A DNA stretch of 39,759 bases from Candidatus Kaiserbacteria bacterium (GTDB lineage Bacteria; Patescibacteriota; Minisyncoccia; Phycocordibacterales; Phycocordibacteraceae): contig DRNP01000044.1 of NCBI GenBank assembly GCA_011322135.1, positions 1 to 39,759 of the forward strand. The letters are read 5' to 3'. Positions 10,508 through 20,708 of the stretch are shown one piece after another; within the stretch, counting starts at the first letter, position 1; each line of letters opens with the position of its first letter. Both the position numbers and the translations under genes were made by a program. Under the pieces are notes generated by a model, which was not told the origin of the DNA, ran no database searches, and worked only from the letters and a program-made list of their open reading frames with translations.

Positions 10508-11122
10508 TTATATGATACTTATGCCACGCATTGTAGCTCCGGTTTCAATATGAAATGTACTTACTACGCCATTTGGCATTTTTGGTGTAGCACCAGTAAC
10601 ACGTATGACCGTCCAAACTTGCTCGGCCATATTATTTACATTTGTGTTTGTTGCTTGCAATACATACGTATCGAAAGTAAATGCTGTTACAGATACGGCA
10701 TTTGAATCAGTAATAACATCGTCAGATGCTTTGCAAGCACTCCCGGACGCAAAAACCTTATGAACTATTTCTTTATTTGCATTGAGATTGTATTCGACCT
10801 TACACCCGTCAGAATCAATAAAAGTAAATGAATTATATGTCCCTGTTGCAGGACACACATTTACTCCGGTGCTATTACTACATGAACCGGTACGAATATC
10901 ACGCGCAATACTGTCAATCGCAGTAGAAAGATTATTTACAGCATCAGTTGATGCTCTCTCTTTTCTGTTCGCTGAAAGAAGTGCAATATATGCACTAGAT
11001 ATAAGCAACATGATGATACTAAAAATACTTATAGCGACCATCATCTCGATCAAGGTGAACGCACGCAACGAGCAAAGACGTTTCCGTATTTTTTTGAACA
11101 TTCTAAATCGATGTAAATGCAT
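10508..11122 (-). CDS. prepilin-type N-terminal cleavage/methylation domain protein (minor pilin)
   Basis: RA|FTLIEMMVAISIFSI motif. Confidence 0.75.
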   Translation of the reverse strand: MHLHRFRMFKKIRKRLCSLRAFTLIEMMVAISIFSIIMLLISSAYIALLSANRKERASTDAVNNLSTAIDSIARDIRTGSCSNSTGVNVCPATGTYNSFTFIDSDGCKVEYNLNANKEIVHKVFASGSACKASDDVITDSNAVSVTAFTFDTYVLQATNTNVNNMAEQVWTVIRVTGATPKMPNGVVSTFHIETGATMRGISII

Positions 11123-11138
11123 ATTATCTTATTAATAA

Positions 11139-11840
11139 TTATAACCCGGGGCATGCGGTACCAGGCTTTTGGAGTACTGCTATATTTCCAACTTTCTCAA
11201 CAACGACATACCTGGCACCATTTGCTTTGGAAAGTTTTATACATGCACGGTCTGCATCTTGTATTTCAGAAGTACTGTTCTTTGCATATATAATAGCGCT
11301 TGTTTTTGGACGCACAAATGAAATATCAAGTTTATTAATAATTGTGTCGCCACCATTTGTGCAATATCCACTTCCGGATTTGTAAACGCAAAAATCCTTT
11401 ATCTCAACGTAATTATGTATTGTAAACGTTCGCTCGAAGGCAGAATCATTTGATGTAAACAAACAGTCTCCGGTTTTAACGCTCGGAGCGTCACTTGGTT
11501 CGTCCGGATTATTGTTATGACATGTTCCACTCGAGATTGTAGATGGATAAGAATCTCCAAACAATGTGTATTCACTCGGTGTATTGTGGCTAAAATCAAT
11601 ACCATACCCATACGAAGCATTCTTGTATCCTGCCATACCATAAGCCTGTGCTTGGCGTATTGAAAGAGCGACATCATAAGCTGTGCTGGACAACACTGTT
11701 GTTTGTCCAAACTTATTCTGACCATTAATAACAATCGACATTAATATACCAATGATCGCAATCACAACTAAAAGCTCAATCAGAGTAAATCCGCGCGAGC
11801 GTTTATTCGGTGCTAAACGATATACATGAAAATATTCCAT
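11139..11840 (-). CDS. prepilin-type N-terminal cleavage/methylation domain protein (minor pilin)
   Basis: SRG|FTLIELLVVIAIIGIL motif. The start overlaps the pilD end by 28 nt. Confidence 0.75.
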   Translation of the reverse strand: MEYFHVYRLAPNKRSRGFTLIELLVVIAIIGILMSIVINGQNKFGQTTVLSSTAYDVALSIRQAQAYGMAGYKNASYGYGIDFSHNTPSEYTLFGDSYPSTISSGTCHNNNPDEPSDAPSVKTGDCLFTSNDSAFERTFTIHNYVEIKDFCVYKSGSGYCTNGGDTIINKLDISFVRPKTSAIIYAKNSTSEIQDADRACIKLSKANGARYVVVEKVGNIAVLQKPGTACPGL

Positions 11841-12574
11841 CCTGTGAAAAAAGCAATTAAAAAACCGGTGGCAAGAAAAGGGGCGAAAGGCACCTCAATA
11901 CCTCTTCTATGCGCAACAGGCGTTCGTAACAATATAATTATACCGACAAATGCCCCGACCCAAAACGAATACAAAAAACCTGAAAAAGCAAGTGACCCAG
12001 CGAGAAGAGCTAGTCCAAAAGTAACAGGTGCGTCACCCAGACCCATCGCTCTTCCGCGAGAAGCAAAATGAATTGCAACAAGCATCAATGCTAGACCTGC
12101 CGACACAAGAAACACTACACCGAAATCGGATATATTCTGAGCAGAGATGCCTGCGTAAATAATACTCGAAAGAACAAACAAAATGGAAAACTCGCCCGGA
12201 ATAATTGTGTGTAACAAGTCATACGCAACAATAAGTGCCAGCACGGAAAGTGCTACCAAAAATACGGCGAGCGAAAGTGTAAGACCGAGTTTTAAGTACG
12301 AAAGAACAAAAAGCGTACCAAGTACCGTTTCAGTAATCGTTGAGCGTGCAGAAACTCTAGACCCACACTGTTTACACCGCCCACGTAAGAAAACCCACGA
12401 CGCGATTGGAACAAGCTCTGTGACAGAGAGCTCATTGGAGCAAGAATCGCAATGAGACCTACCGGAAAGCCATGATTCTCCCGTATCCCATCTGTCTACG
12501 ACAACCCCGAGGAAACTTGCGATAATAGCTCCAAGTGCAAAAAATATTACAGCAAACACCGTTACAAATTCCAT
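11813..12574 (-). CDS. pilD: prepilin peptidase (A24 family)
   Basis: Polytopic membrane protein with an N-terminal CDSC...CKQCG zinc motif, located in the pilus cluster. Confidence 0.85.
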   Translation of the reverse strand: MEFVTVFAVIFFALGAIIASFLGVVVDRWDTGESWLSGRSHCDSCSNELSVTELVPIASWVFLRGRCKQCGSRVSARSTITETVLGTLFVLSYLKLGLTLSLAVFLVALSVLALIVAYDLLHTIIPGEFSILFVLSSIIYAGISAQNISDFGVVFLVSAGLALMLVAIHFASRGRAMGLGDAPVTFGLALLAGSLAFSGFLYSFWVGAFVGIIILLRTPVAHRRGIEVPFAPFLATGFLIAFFTGWNIFMYIV

Positions 12575-12753
12575 ACATATCAGTGTAGCGCACTTTCACA
12601 AAAACATTACAAATGTTTTCCACGAAATTGAGTTAAGTAGCATTTAGTGTTGTTACAAAATTGGTCCTGCAAAATAGCAAAGTGAAAATGGGTCCAGGAC
12701 CCATTTCCCATTTTCATTTTCTACATTTTCATGGAAGAGTTTATTCTCGCTAT

Positions 12754-12803
12754 AAAACCAAAAAGAAAAACCCTTCTTGAGAAGGGTTTTTCTTTTTGGT
12801 TTT
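12754..12803. terminator. 50-nt perfect palindrome terminator downstream of pilA
   Basis: aaaaccaaaaagaaaaacccttc-ttga-gaagggtttttctttttggtttt forms a 23-bp stem flanked by A and T runs. Confidence 0.8.
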
Positions 12804-12827
12804 ACTTTCTGTTTTAATCTTTACAGA

Positions 12828-13310
12828 TTATGAGCATTTGTTTACACCATCTGCAAGTGCTGCTGGCTCTGTTTTTTCAACACCAGTCGAGTCAACACAC
12901 CAATAATCTCCGGTACTTAGCTGAATATTAATTGCGTAATCCTGTCCACTAGCGTCTACATGGCAAAGTGTTTTCGTTGAATCCAATGAAGATTTGTTTG
13001 CGGACTGAATTGCGTTATATATGGTAGGAGGCGTTGCATTCTTGCTAAACATAGTGCTTGCAACGTCACAATTTGCAGTACCATTAACCTGCGAACCAGT
13101 ACCGCTAAACTTATTACTATTATCGTCATAATACAATTGCGCTTGCGTTTGTACTGTGGCGAGATTTGACTTCACGGCCGCGTCATTACCTTTTTTACGC
13201 GCCGTGTTAAGAGAAGCGAGCACAACCGACGAAAGAATGCCTATGATGGCAATAACGACGAGAAGCTCGATGAGGGTAAAACCGCGCTGGGCGGAAGACT
13301 TTTTCTGCAT
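12828..13310 (-). CDS. pilA: major type IV pilin
   Basis: QRG|FTLIELLVVIAIIGILSSVVLASLNTARKKG, a C-terminal Cys pair, and its own strong terminator. Confidence 0.85.
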   Translation of the reverse strand: MQKKSSAQRGFTLIELLVVIAIIGILSSVVLASLNTARKKGNDAAVKSNLATVQTQAQLYYDDNSNKFSGTGSQVNGTANCDVASTMFSKNATPPTIYNAIQSANKSSLDSTKTLCHVDASGQDYAINIQLSTGDYWCVDSTGVEKTEPAALADGVNKCS

Positions 13311-13451
13311 AAGAATTATAATTTATATTACGGCCGGAATAATGTTTACGAATAAATATTCCGTTAACATCTATTATACGCCGTGTTTAAACTGTAGCAA
13401 ACGAATATGTGGATAACTTCTGCAGAATATTCCTCATACTGAAAATGAAAA

Positions 13452-14657
13452 CTAAAAAGCTCCTGCCAAATTATAAATCGGAATGAGAACGGAAGCTAAA
13501 AGAGTTCCAACTCCAAGACCGAGAAGCACAATCATAAGAGGCTCTATAAGGTCGACGAGTGTCTCAACAGCAGTCGTAACTTCACGCGCATAAAATTTTG
13601 AAAGTGTCGACAAAATACTGCTCAAATCTCCAGCCTCCTCTCCCACCTTAATCATCGCCACCATAATGCCCGGAATTTCACTATATCGAGCGAGTGCATC
13701 CGATATGGATGAACCGCCCTGTACCGCACTTTCTACTTGTTTCAATATGTCTTCATATACAGCACTGTCAACAACTGTACTGGTTACATGAATCATCTCT
13801 ACAACAGGAACACCTGATATGAGCATTGTTGCAAAATTATCCGAAATACGAGAAAGATACAACTTTTGATATAAGTTACCAACATATGGAACAGAGAGTT
13901 TCATTTTATCAAAGAAGTATCGTCCTTCTCCTGTTTTTAATTCTTGCCAAGAGACAAATGAACCTATAAGAATTGCGATTACCAAGAAAAAGCCGTAGTG
14001 TACAAGAAAATTTGAAACCCCGATGACGATCTTTGTATATAGAGGTATCTGTTGACCTGAGTCAACAAGAATCGCACTGATGCGTGGAATAACAAGTGTA
14101 AGCATGAGCCCCATAACGGTAAAGAAAGTTGCAATAACAAACGCAGGATAAATAAGCGCGTTCCCTGCTTTGCTCATTACTGCATATGTTCTGTCCAGAT
14201 AGTCTGCAAGATATCCAAAAGTATCCGACAAATGCCCTGACTCTTCACCGGACTTGACCATATTCACATAAAAATTACTAAATACTTTTGGATGTCGAGA
14301 AAGTGATTTCGATATCGGACTTCCTCCCTGCAGGTCATCTGCAACCTGTGTTAACACTCCGGAAAGCGTCACATTATCAACAGCACTTGCCAGTAAACGA
14401 AAAACACGAAGTGCGGGAACTTGTGCGCTAAAAAGCGTGGCGATTTGCCGTGACAAAATAACAACTTCCTTGTTTGAAACATGATTTAAAAATGGGATTT
14501 GCATTGAAAGCAGAGGCTTTTTGCCTACAGGTTCAATGGCTGAGATTATCAAACCTCGTCGTTGCAGTGTTGAAACGGCAACATCTCTGGAAAGGGCTTC
14601 TATTGAACCCTGCCGTTCATGTCCTTCTCTATCAAGTGCGTGATATGAAAAAAGCAT
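13452..14657 (-). CDS. pilC: type IV pilus platform protein (GspF/PilC family)
   Basis: 401 aa with a duplicated T2SS-F domain and three TM blocks. Confidence 0.88.
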   Translation of the reverse strand: MLFSYHALDREGHERQGSIEALSRDVAVSTLQRRGLIISAIEPVGKKPLLSMQIPFLNHVSNKEVVILSRQIATLFSAQVPALRVFRLLASAVDNVTLSGVLTQVADDLQGGSPISKSLSRHPKVFSNFYVNMVKSGEESGHLSDTFGYLADYLDRTYAVMSKAGNALIYPAFVIATFFTVMGLMLTLVIPRISAILVDSGQQIPLYTKIVIGVSNFLVHYGFFLVIAILIGSFVSWQELKTGEGRYFFDKMKLSVPYVGNLYQKLYLSRISDNFATMLISGVPVVEMIHVTSTVVDSAVYEDILKQVESAVQGGSSISDALARYSEIPGIMVAMIKVGEEAGDLSSILSTLSKFYAREVTTAVETLVDLIEPLMIVLLGLGVGTLLASVLIPIYNLAGAF

Positions 14658-14663
14658 AATATA

Positions 14664-15728
14664 TTATAAGTAACGTTCAAATACTTTTGGATTAAACGAG
14701 TGCTCATACGCGTGCTCCACCGTAATCTCTCCGCGCTGAACAAGCTCTGAAAGATACCTATCCATATCAATCATTCCTTCTTGTGACGTTGTTTGAATTA
14801 CTGTCGATATTTCGTGCGTTCTTTCTTCTCGAATAAGATTCGCAACCGCGCTGTTATTTATGAGTAACTCATACGCAGGTATTAGCCCTCCGGAAATACG
14901 TGGTACCAAACGTTGCGAGAAGATTCCGGCAAGTGAATTCGCAAGCTGTACTCTTACCTGCCCTTGCTGGCTTGCAGGAAACATGTCTATTATGCGGTCA
15001 ATAGTTTGCGCCGCATTGTTTGTGTGAAGCGTTGATAAAACCAAATGACCCGTCTCAGCAGCTGTAACCGCAGATGAAATCGTTTCGAGGTCACGCATCT
15101 CACCAACCATAATCACATTTACATCTTCTCGAAACGCGTTTTGAAGCGCCGAATGAAAATCCGGAGAATCAACATGAACTTCGCGTTGATGGATAAGCGA
15201 CTTTTTTTGATCAAAAAGGTACTCAATCGGATCTTCGATAGTAACAATGTGTTCTGATCTTGAAGTATTTATACTTTCAATAAGTGCCGCCAACGTGGTT
15301 GATTTCCCCTGACCAACAGGACCGACAACAAGAAAAAACCCTTGCGCACGCTCTGCAAACACTTCGAGAACTGATGGTAAATGTAATTTATCAAACGAGC
15401 GTATCTCGTGCGGAATAAGACGCATCGCTATTGCGACACCGCCCTGCACAACATATCCATTTGTACGAAAACGTGCACCGTCTTTGTGTGCATATGCAAA
15501 ATCAACCGACTGCTTTTCACGAAAAATATTCCACCTCTCTTCAGGAATAATACTTTTTAGCATCTTTTCCGTATCTTCTGCTGTAAGCACAGGGCGTTGC
15601 GTTAGCGAAACCAGCGAGCCTGCAATACGTATACTTGGATGCTGTCCAGATGTTATATGCAAATCGGAACCGCCTTCTGCAACAACTGTGTCAAGTAACT
15701 CGAGAATTTGTGGAGTAGGTGTGCTCAT
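14664..15728 (-). CDS. pilT: twitching-motility retraction ATPase
   Basis: Walker A GPVGQGKST, an Asp box and a His box (LVLSTLHTNNA), about 350 aa, PilT-type. Confidence 0.88.
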   Translation of the reverse strand: MSTPTPQILELLDTVVAEGGSDLHITSGQHPSIRIAGSLVSLTQRPVLTAEDTEKMLKSIIPEERWNIFREKQSVDFAYAHKDGARFRTNGYVVQGGVAIAMRLIPHEIRSFDKLHLPSVLEVFAERAQGFFLVVGPVGQGKSTTLAALIESINTSRSEHIVTIEDPIEYLFDQKKSLIHQREVHVDSPDFHSALQNAFREDVNVIMVGEMRDLETISSAVTAAETGHLVLSTLHTNNAAQTIDRIIDMFPASQQGQVRVQLANSLAGIFSQRLVPRISGGLIPAYELLINNSAVANLIREERTHEISTVIQTTSQEGMIDMDRYLSELVQRGEITVEHAYEHSFNPKVFERYL

Positions 15729-16114
15729 TTTTGTTTTTGTTCAATAATATTTATGGTCTTTTCAAGCACCTCTGAAGGAACCGCTGAAGCTTTTATAATG
15801 TATCCATCTACATTGAATTTTTGTGCACGTTCAATATCGCTATCTTGTCCTTGATTTGAAAGTACAATAATCTTTGCTCCTTCTGCAAGTTTTTCTTTTC
15901 TAATTTCCTCTAGAATTTGGAAACCATCCATACCAGGCATTACAATATCAAGCAATACAGCATCAACTTTCGGCTTTTTGCGTAATGCGGAAATTATTTC
16001 CTTCCCGGAATTGAATGATTCCACAGTATGTCCTGCTTTCTGAAACTTCAGCACATACATTCCAAGTAAAAAATGATCGTCGTCAACTAGAAATATTTGA
16101 TAGTTAGGTGTCAT
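15725..16114 (-). CDS. stand-alone receiver-domain response regulator
   Basis: DD pair (LVDDD), phospho-acceptor LLDIVMPGMDG, and a conserved K in YIIKA. No output domain. Confidence 0.85.
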   Translation of the reverse strand: MTPNYQIFLVDDDHFLLGMYVLKFQKAGHTVESFNSGKEIISALRKKPKVDAVLLDIVMPGMDGFQILEEIRKEKLAEGAKIIVLSNQGQDSDIERAQKFNVDGYIIKASAVPSEVLEKTINIIEQKQK

Positions 16115-16128
16115 AAAATGTAAATATA

Positions 16129-17904
16129 TTAGTTGTCTTCTTTGTCTTCAGGGAATACTGACCCGCCCAGCGTATTTACTTCTTCAAACGGAATCTTACC
16201 TGCGAGTGCTTTAATAATAGCATCTTCGCGCATTGTAAACATTCCTTTTCCACGTGCAGACGTGTATATTTCTTCCACAATAGGATTTGTAAGGACAATA
16301 TGTTCCAAATCCTTGTCCATGCGCATAACCTCAAAAGCTCCCGTACGTCCGCTTGTTCCGTTCGGGCAGGTTGTTGTCGATGATGCATGATAAAAGTGCT
16401 CAAATGTCGGTATATCTTTACGGAACTCTGCAGGAACATCAACGAACTCCTTTTCCAGCAAGGCTCTGAGGCTGTCACTTATCGGAAACGGCTTGCCGGC
16501 ATCAGGACACAATGTGCGAACAAGTCTCTGCCCGATTACAGCAAGTAATGTAGGAGCTATAAGATATGGATCGACACCCATGTCAATGAGACGCGGGATA
16601 GCATCTGCAGCGGTATTTGTGTGAAGTGTTGACAATACAAGATGACCTGTAAGCGCAGATTGCACGGCAAGTTGTGCCGTTTCCTTATCACGAATCTCAC
16701 CAACCATAATAACGTCCGGGTCTTGTCGCAAAATGGAACGAAGTCCGCTTGCAAATGTGTATCCGATTTCCGGTCTCACTTGCGATTGCGAAACACCTTG
16801 TATATTGTATTCCACAGGATCTTCCAAAGATACTACGTTTTTTGTTTCTCTATCCAACTCCGACAATATTGCGAAAAGTGTTGTGGATTTACCGGAACCG
16901 GTTGGCCCGGTAATAAGTACAATCCCATACGGATGTCGTACAGCTTGACGCACAATTTCCAACTTTTCTCCTTCAAGACCGAGTGACTCGAGTGTTTCCT
17001 TTGACTTCGCCTGATCCAAAATACGCATCACAACTTTCTCGCCGTAGTTTGTCGGGAAAGTTGATACACGAAAGTCAATACGTCGCCCGCTTACGTTTGC
17101 TGAAAAACGACCATCTTGCGGTTTCCGTTTTTCATCAAGTCGCATTTGCGAAAGAATTTTAATACGTGCTATAAGCGCGGAGTGCACTTTTGCAGGTAAC
17201 TCCAATGATGTATGAAGTTCCCCATCCATACGAAACCGTACACGTAGTTTTTCAGGTGACGGTTCTATATGCACATCTGAAGCATCTCCTTCTACCGCAT
17301 ATCGTAAAATTGTAGCAACAATTTTTGTTACCGGCGCATCGGCTTTTATATCTTCTTTTCCGTTTCTAACTTGTTTTTTTGCACGTGCCGAAGCATTTGC
17401 GTTAAGAACATTTTTTGCTACAGAAGCATTTGCCTCGGTTTCTGATTCAAACTCGGAAAGAGCCTCTCCAATTTCTCCTGTTAAGTTTTGGTACAGGTCA
17501 AGGACTTTTTTGAAATCCATCGATGAAATTAGGAATAATTGATATGGCATTCCTATTTTTGTAGAGATAAACTGCAGAGCATCGAGCGCCTCAATATCGT
17601 CCGGATTTGTTATACCGACTTCAAGAGACCCATCTACAACTGCAATCGGAACAAAATGATAATGTCGCGCTGAATCTTCGGGAATATATTTAAGTACTGA
17701 AGAAGGTACTTGTGTGTCGTTCAATATTCTATAAGGAAGATTGAAATAATTTGCAACTGTAGATAACGTTGTCTCAATCGGTATTCCATACTTTACAAGA
17801 GCTTGCTCTATGGAAACGCCCGGGATACGCGCTTCTTTTTCTATAATAGCTCTGTCTTCAGCCTTTACAAATCCTTGTTGTATAAGTACGTCAAGTATAT
17901 TCAT
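16129..17904 (-). CDS. pilB: type IV pilus assembly ATPase (GspE/PilB family)
   Basis: Walker A GPTGSGKST, an N-terminal GSPII-like domain, and His box LVLSTLHTNTA. Confidence 0.9.
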   Translation of the reverse strand: MNILDVLIQQGFVKAEDRAIIEKEARIPGVSIEQALVKYGIPIETTLSTVANYFNLPYRILNDTQVPSSVLKYIPEDSARHYHFVPIAVVDGSLEVGITNPDDIEALDALQFISTKIGMPYQLFLISSMDFKKVLDLYQNLTGEIGEALSEFESETEANASVAKNVLNANASARAKKQVRNGKEDIKADAPVTKIVATILRYAVEGDASDVHIEPSPEKLRVRFRMDGELHTSLELPAKVHSALIARIKILSQMRLDEKRKPQDGRFSANVSGRRIDFRVSTFPTNYGEKVVMRILDQAKSKETLESLGLEGEKLEIVRQAVRHPYGIVLITGPTGSGKSTTLFAILSELDRETKNVVSLEDPVEYNIQGVSQSQVRPEIGYTFASGLRSILRQDPDVIMVGEIRDKETAQLAVQSALTGHLVLSTLHTNTAADAIPRLIDMGVDPYLIAPTLLAVIGQRLVRTLCPDAGKPFPISDSLRALLEKEFVDVPAEFRKDIPTFEHFYHASSTTTCPNGTSGRTGAFEVMRMDKDLEHIVLTNPIVEEIYTSARGKGMFTMREDAIIKALAGKIPFEEVNTLGGSVFPEDKEDN

Positions 17905-17932
17905 GTCGTATTATATAAAATAGCCAAACAAA

Positions 17933-18220
17933 TTAAAATGGAGCAAAAGGGTCTGTGCGACCGGCAGGCACTGCTGTAAATTGTGCCGTAATCGTATGAA
18001 GAGATTTAAAACGAGCATCAGAAAAAATACCCGTATCAAAAGAAAGGGGCGATAGTTGCTCCGCGAGACCCTTAAATCGCTTTGTGCTACTTGCCGTATT
18101 AGCCGAAGTAACCGGCAATTCTGAAACACTCGAGCCACTGAAATAAAAATATCCGGCTCCGAGCAAGACTATTCCGAGTGCTACTGCGACTGATATTGTG
18201 ATGAGTCTGTCTTTTTTCAT
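17933..18220 (-). CDS. small single-TM pilus-cluster protein (PilP-like position)
   Basis: Trimmed to ATG 18220 (MKKDRLITISVAVALGIVLLGAG). The longer track ORF would overlap pilO. Confidence 0.45.
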   Translation of the reverse strand: MKKDRLITISVAVALGIVLLGAGYFYFSGSSVSELPVTSANTASSTKRFKGLAEQLSPLSFDTGIFSDARFKSLHTITAQFTAVPAGRTDPFAPF

Positions 18221-18227
18221 ACGTTTT

Positions 18228-18809
18228 TTAAATTGAGTTATATGGCAACCAGTATGTTTGCAATGTCGCTTGATACGAATACACACCTTTGATTTGCGCT
18301 CCGTTTGAATTCGAATTTCTAACAGAAAGTTGTGTAACATCAATAATGCGCAGGCTGTGCTCGACACTATTTAAAAATTGACGGAATGCCCGGTACGACC
18401 CTGCTCCGGAGATATTAATATCAACTATACGATACGGATTTCCTCCGGAGACAGTACTTTTTACGTTTCCTGATTTGTATTGTGTCGGTATAGACACATT
18501 AAAGTTTGTTATCAAAAAACCTGAGCGTGCTGCAAGAGATGACAAGTCAAATACCAACTGAACAGTGTTTGTTGATTTTGGCAATGCCATTAAAGCGCTT
18601 TTTAATTCTGCGGAAGGTATTTGTTGACGCTCCGCCTCCAAACTTGCTTCTCGTTTTGTATATTGTTTTGCAGCCGAAAGCGCTGTATTCCCATTTGCAA
18701 TCTGATGCTTTAAAGACACCACTGTGTTGTTATACGCAGGTTGCACATACCCAAAATACAAACCGAGTGAGATAAATATCGCTAGAATTGGTCCTAAGTT
18801 CCCTTTCAT
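18228..18809 (-). CDS. pilO: PilO-like pilus assembly protein
   Basis: N-terminal TM segment, a coiled-coil region, and its position after the pilM/pilN-like genes. Confidence 0.55.
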   Translation of the reverse strand: MKGNLGPILAIFISLGLYFGYVQPAYNNTVVSLKHQIANGNTALSAAKQYTKREASLEAERQQIPSAELKSALMALPKSTNTVQLVFDLSSLAARSGFLITNFNVSIPTQYKSGNVKSTVSGGNPYRIVDINISGAGSYRAFRQFLNSVEHSLRIIDVTQLSVRNSNSNGAQIKGVYSYQATLQTYWLPYNSI

Positions 18810-19504
18810 GGTGTTTGTGGTGTTAACGATTGATACTTACCAGCGGTTGTAGTAGCGGATTGAACTGCATTTACTGCATCTTTTGTGCCGGAAGAAGCAA
18901 CAACCGCACTAAAGTTTTTAGCAACAGACGGAAGCACCACTGCATTCACTGTAAAGTTTACAGAATTGTCCTTGTTAACAGATATGCCTGAAAATTGTAC
19001 TCCGCTAAAAGACCCGCTACCATTTAATGATTTTGCTTCTGCTGAAAGAGCATTAAAATCACGTGCCCTTCCATTTCCTGTGAGCACAATGCTTTTATTA
19101 CCGTCTACTCCATCTTTCAACCCTATTTTTAGTGAGCTAAACGATACATCGTGTACTGTCGTTGACTCCAACACATTAAAAAATCTCGATAACGTTATGT
19201 GGTTATCTAACAATGTATGCACTGATGAAAGCTGGTCTCGTAAATGTATAAATTGTTTTATAGTACCGGCATTGATTGTTTTTTCTGCAGCGACAATTTT
19301 TGCCTGTTGAGCTACAACTTGTCCGGATAACACGCGCTCGTACACAAACATACCGATACTTGCAAACACAACAAGTGCGAGAGCACCATACACTAGAAAG
19401 GCAAAAGCTCCGTGTAAGTCAGCACGAGCATGTTTTGGTACTGACGACGTCGGGAGAGTCTCGTGCGGTACAAACGAAGTAGGTATCTGCGAAGGAACAT
19501 TCAT
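18806..19504 (-). CDS. pilN: PilN-like pilus assembly protein
   Basis: Single TM segment (AFAFLVYGALALVVFASIGMFVY) followed by a periplasmic domain. Lies directly after pilM. Confidence 0.5.
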   Translation of the reverse strand: MNVPSQIPTSFVPHETLPTSSVPKHARADLHGAFAFLVYGALALVVFASIGMFVYERVLSGQVVAQQAKIVAAEKTINAGTIKQFIHLRDQLSSVHTLLDNHITLSRFFNVLESTTVHDVSFSSLKIGLKDGVDGNKSIVLTGNGRARDFNALSAEAKSLNGSGSFSGVQFSGISVNKDNSVNFTVNAVVLPSVAKNFSAVVASSGTKDAVNAVQSATTTAGKYQSLTPQTP

Positions 19505-19584
19505 AATTTATATAAATATAGTATACGGGCTAGTCACAAGTACTCCTATAAAGTTATACACATAATAGTGTAAGTTATTTTATT

Positions 19585-20685
19585 TCAATTAAATTCCTCG
19601 AGCTTACGCAATGCAATACCAACAGCAACTGAAAATTCCGGACCGATTTCTTTCAAAACCGGACGTATGAACTCTGGAGCTTGCGTTTTTGCAAACGGGT
19701 CCGCAACACGTGTTTCTACTGCAAAAAAGTTTTGAGCGTATTCTCCGAGACCTTTGGTAACTCCTCCGCCTCCTGTTAGAACAATGGCGGTTACCGAACG
19801 TTTTTTTTCATGTTCAAACTGCAACATGACGCGTTTTGCTTCTGCGAAAATGTTTGAAAATGTCGTTTCGGTGGCAATTCGATGCTCGCCCTGCTCGGCT
19901 CCTGTAATTCCTTCTTCTTTTTTGGATTGTTCAGCGTGAGCGATATCTATCCCGGAAGACGCCGAAATGGCACGCGTTACATCTTGTCCGCCATGCGGTA
20001 TTGCATGCGAAGTAGCTACGACACCGCGCTCAACTATATACACTTTTGTCGATGCTGATCCGATATCGATAATCATAATCGGCTTAACTGTTTCATCTAC
20101 AACAGAACGTATTGTACTAAATATTTCTATCTCAAAAAAAGTAGCTGCCAGGTTTGCTTTTTTAACTACAGTATCAAGTAACTGTATCTCATCATTATGT
20201 ACGGCAACAAGTAGTACATTTATATTTTTAAGAGGAGTCTTTGTTTCGCTTTCTGAAGAGCTCGGAACATCTGGCAATACAAACCAATCTAAATGTACCT
20301 CGGAAATCGGAACCGGAATATATTTACGAGCTTCGAGTTCGATAACGGTTTTTTGCTCTTCTGGATTATCTCTGCGCGGTAATTCAGTAAATGTTAAAAG
20401 CGAACGTGATGCGGGGATTGAAACTCCGCAATCGTTTGTGGTTACATTTGCCTCATGAAGAAGATCTATAAGAGTTGTGGCGATGGTGTCTGCAGGTAAA
20501 TTTGTTGCCTGACCAATCTCGACTTTTCCGTACGGACCAAGTGAAAGCTCGCCGTACGTTTCCAAAACAATCGCACCGTTTTTTCTGCTCAGCTGAACGA
20601 CCTTTAATGAAGACGAGCCAATATCCACTCCAAGAGCGCTTCGAGTTTTTTCTGTTTTACCAAATATTTTTGCAAGAAAATTCAT
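19585..20685 (-). CDS. pilM: type IV pilus assembly protein PilM (actin-like ATPase)
   Basis: LGVDIGSSSLKVV and IIDIGSASTKV phosphate motifs, about 366 aa. Confidence 0.85.
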   Translation of the reverse strand: MNFLAKIFGKTEKTRSALGVDIGSSSLKVVQLSRKNGAIVLETYGELSLGPYGKVEIGQATNLPADTIATTLIDLLHEANVTTNDCGVSIPASRSLLTFTELPRRDNPEEQKTVIELEARKYIPVPISEVHLDWFVLPDVPSSSESETKTPLKNINVLLVAVHNDEIQLLDTVVKKANLAATFFEIEIFSTIRSVVDETVKPIMIIDIGSASTKVYIVERGVVATSHAIPHGGQDVTRAISASSGIDIAHAEQSKKEEGITGAEQGEHRIATETTFSNIFAEAKRVMLQFEHEKKRSVTAIVLTGGGGVTKGLGEYAQNFFAVETRVADPFAKTQAPEFIRPVLKEIGPEFSVAVGIALRKLEEFN

Positions 20686-20708
20686 ACAAAGTATTTTATC
20701 ATGTCTGT

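Noticed and set aside
17933-18367. Full 144-aa track ORF
   Set aside because: Its first 49 codons overlap the pilO 3' end. The internal ATG 18220 (MKKDRL, followed by a TM segment) starts 8 nt after the pilO stop.
20475-20708. 5' extension of the comF ORF
   Set aside because: The extension is antisense to the pilM coding sequence. The ComF-like N-terminus (LMLDVFYPP) begins after ATG 20709.
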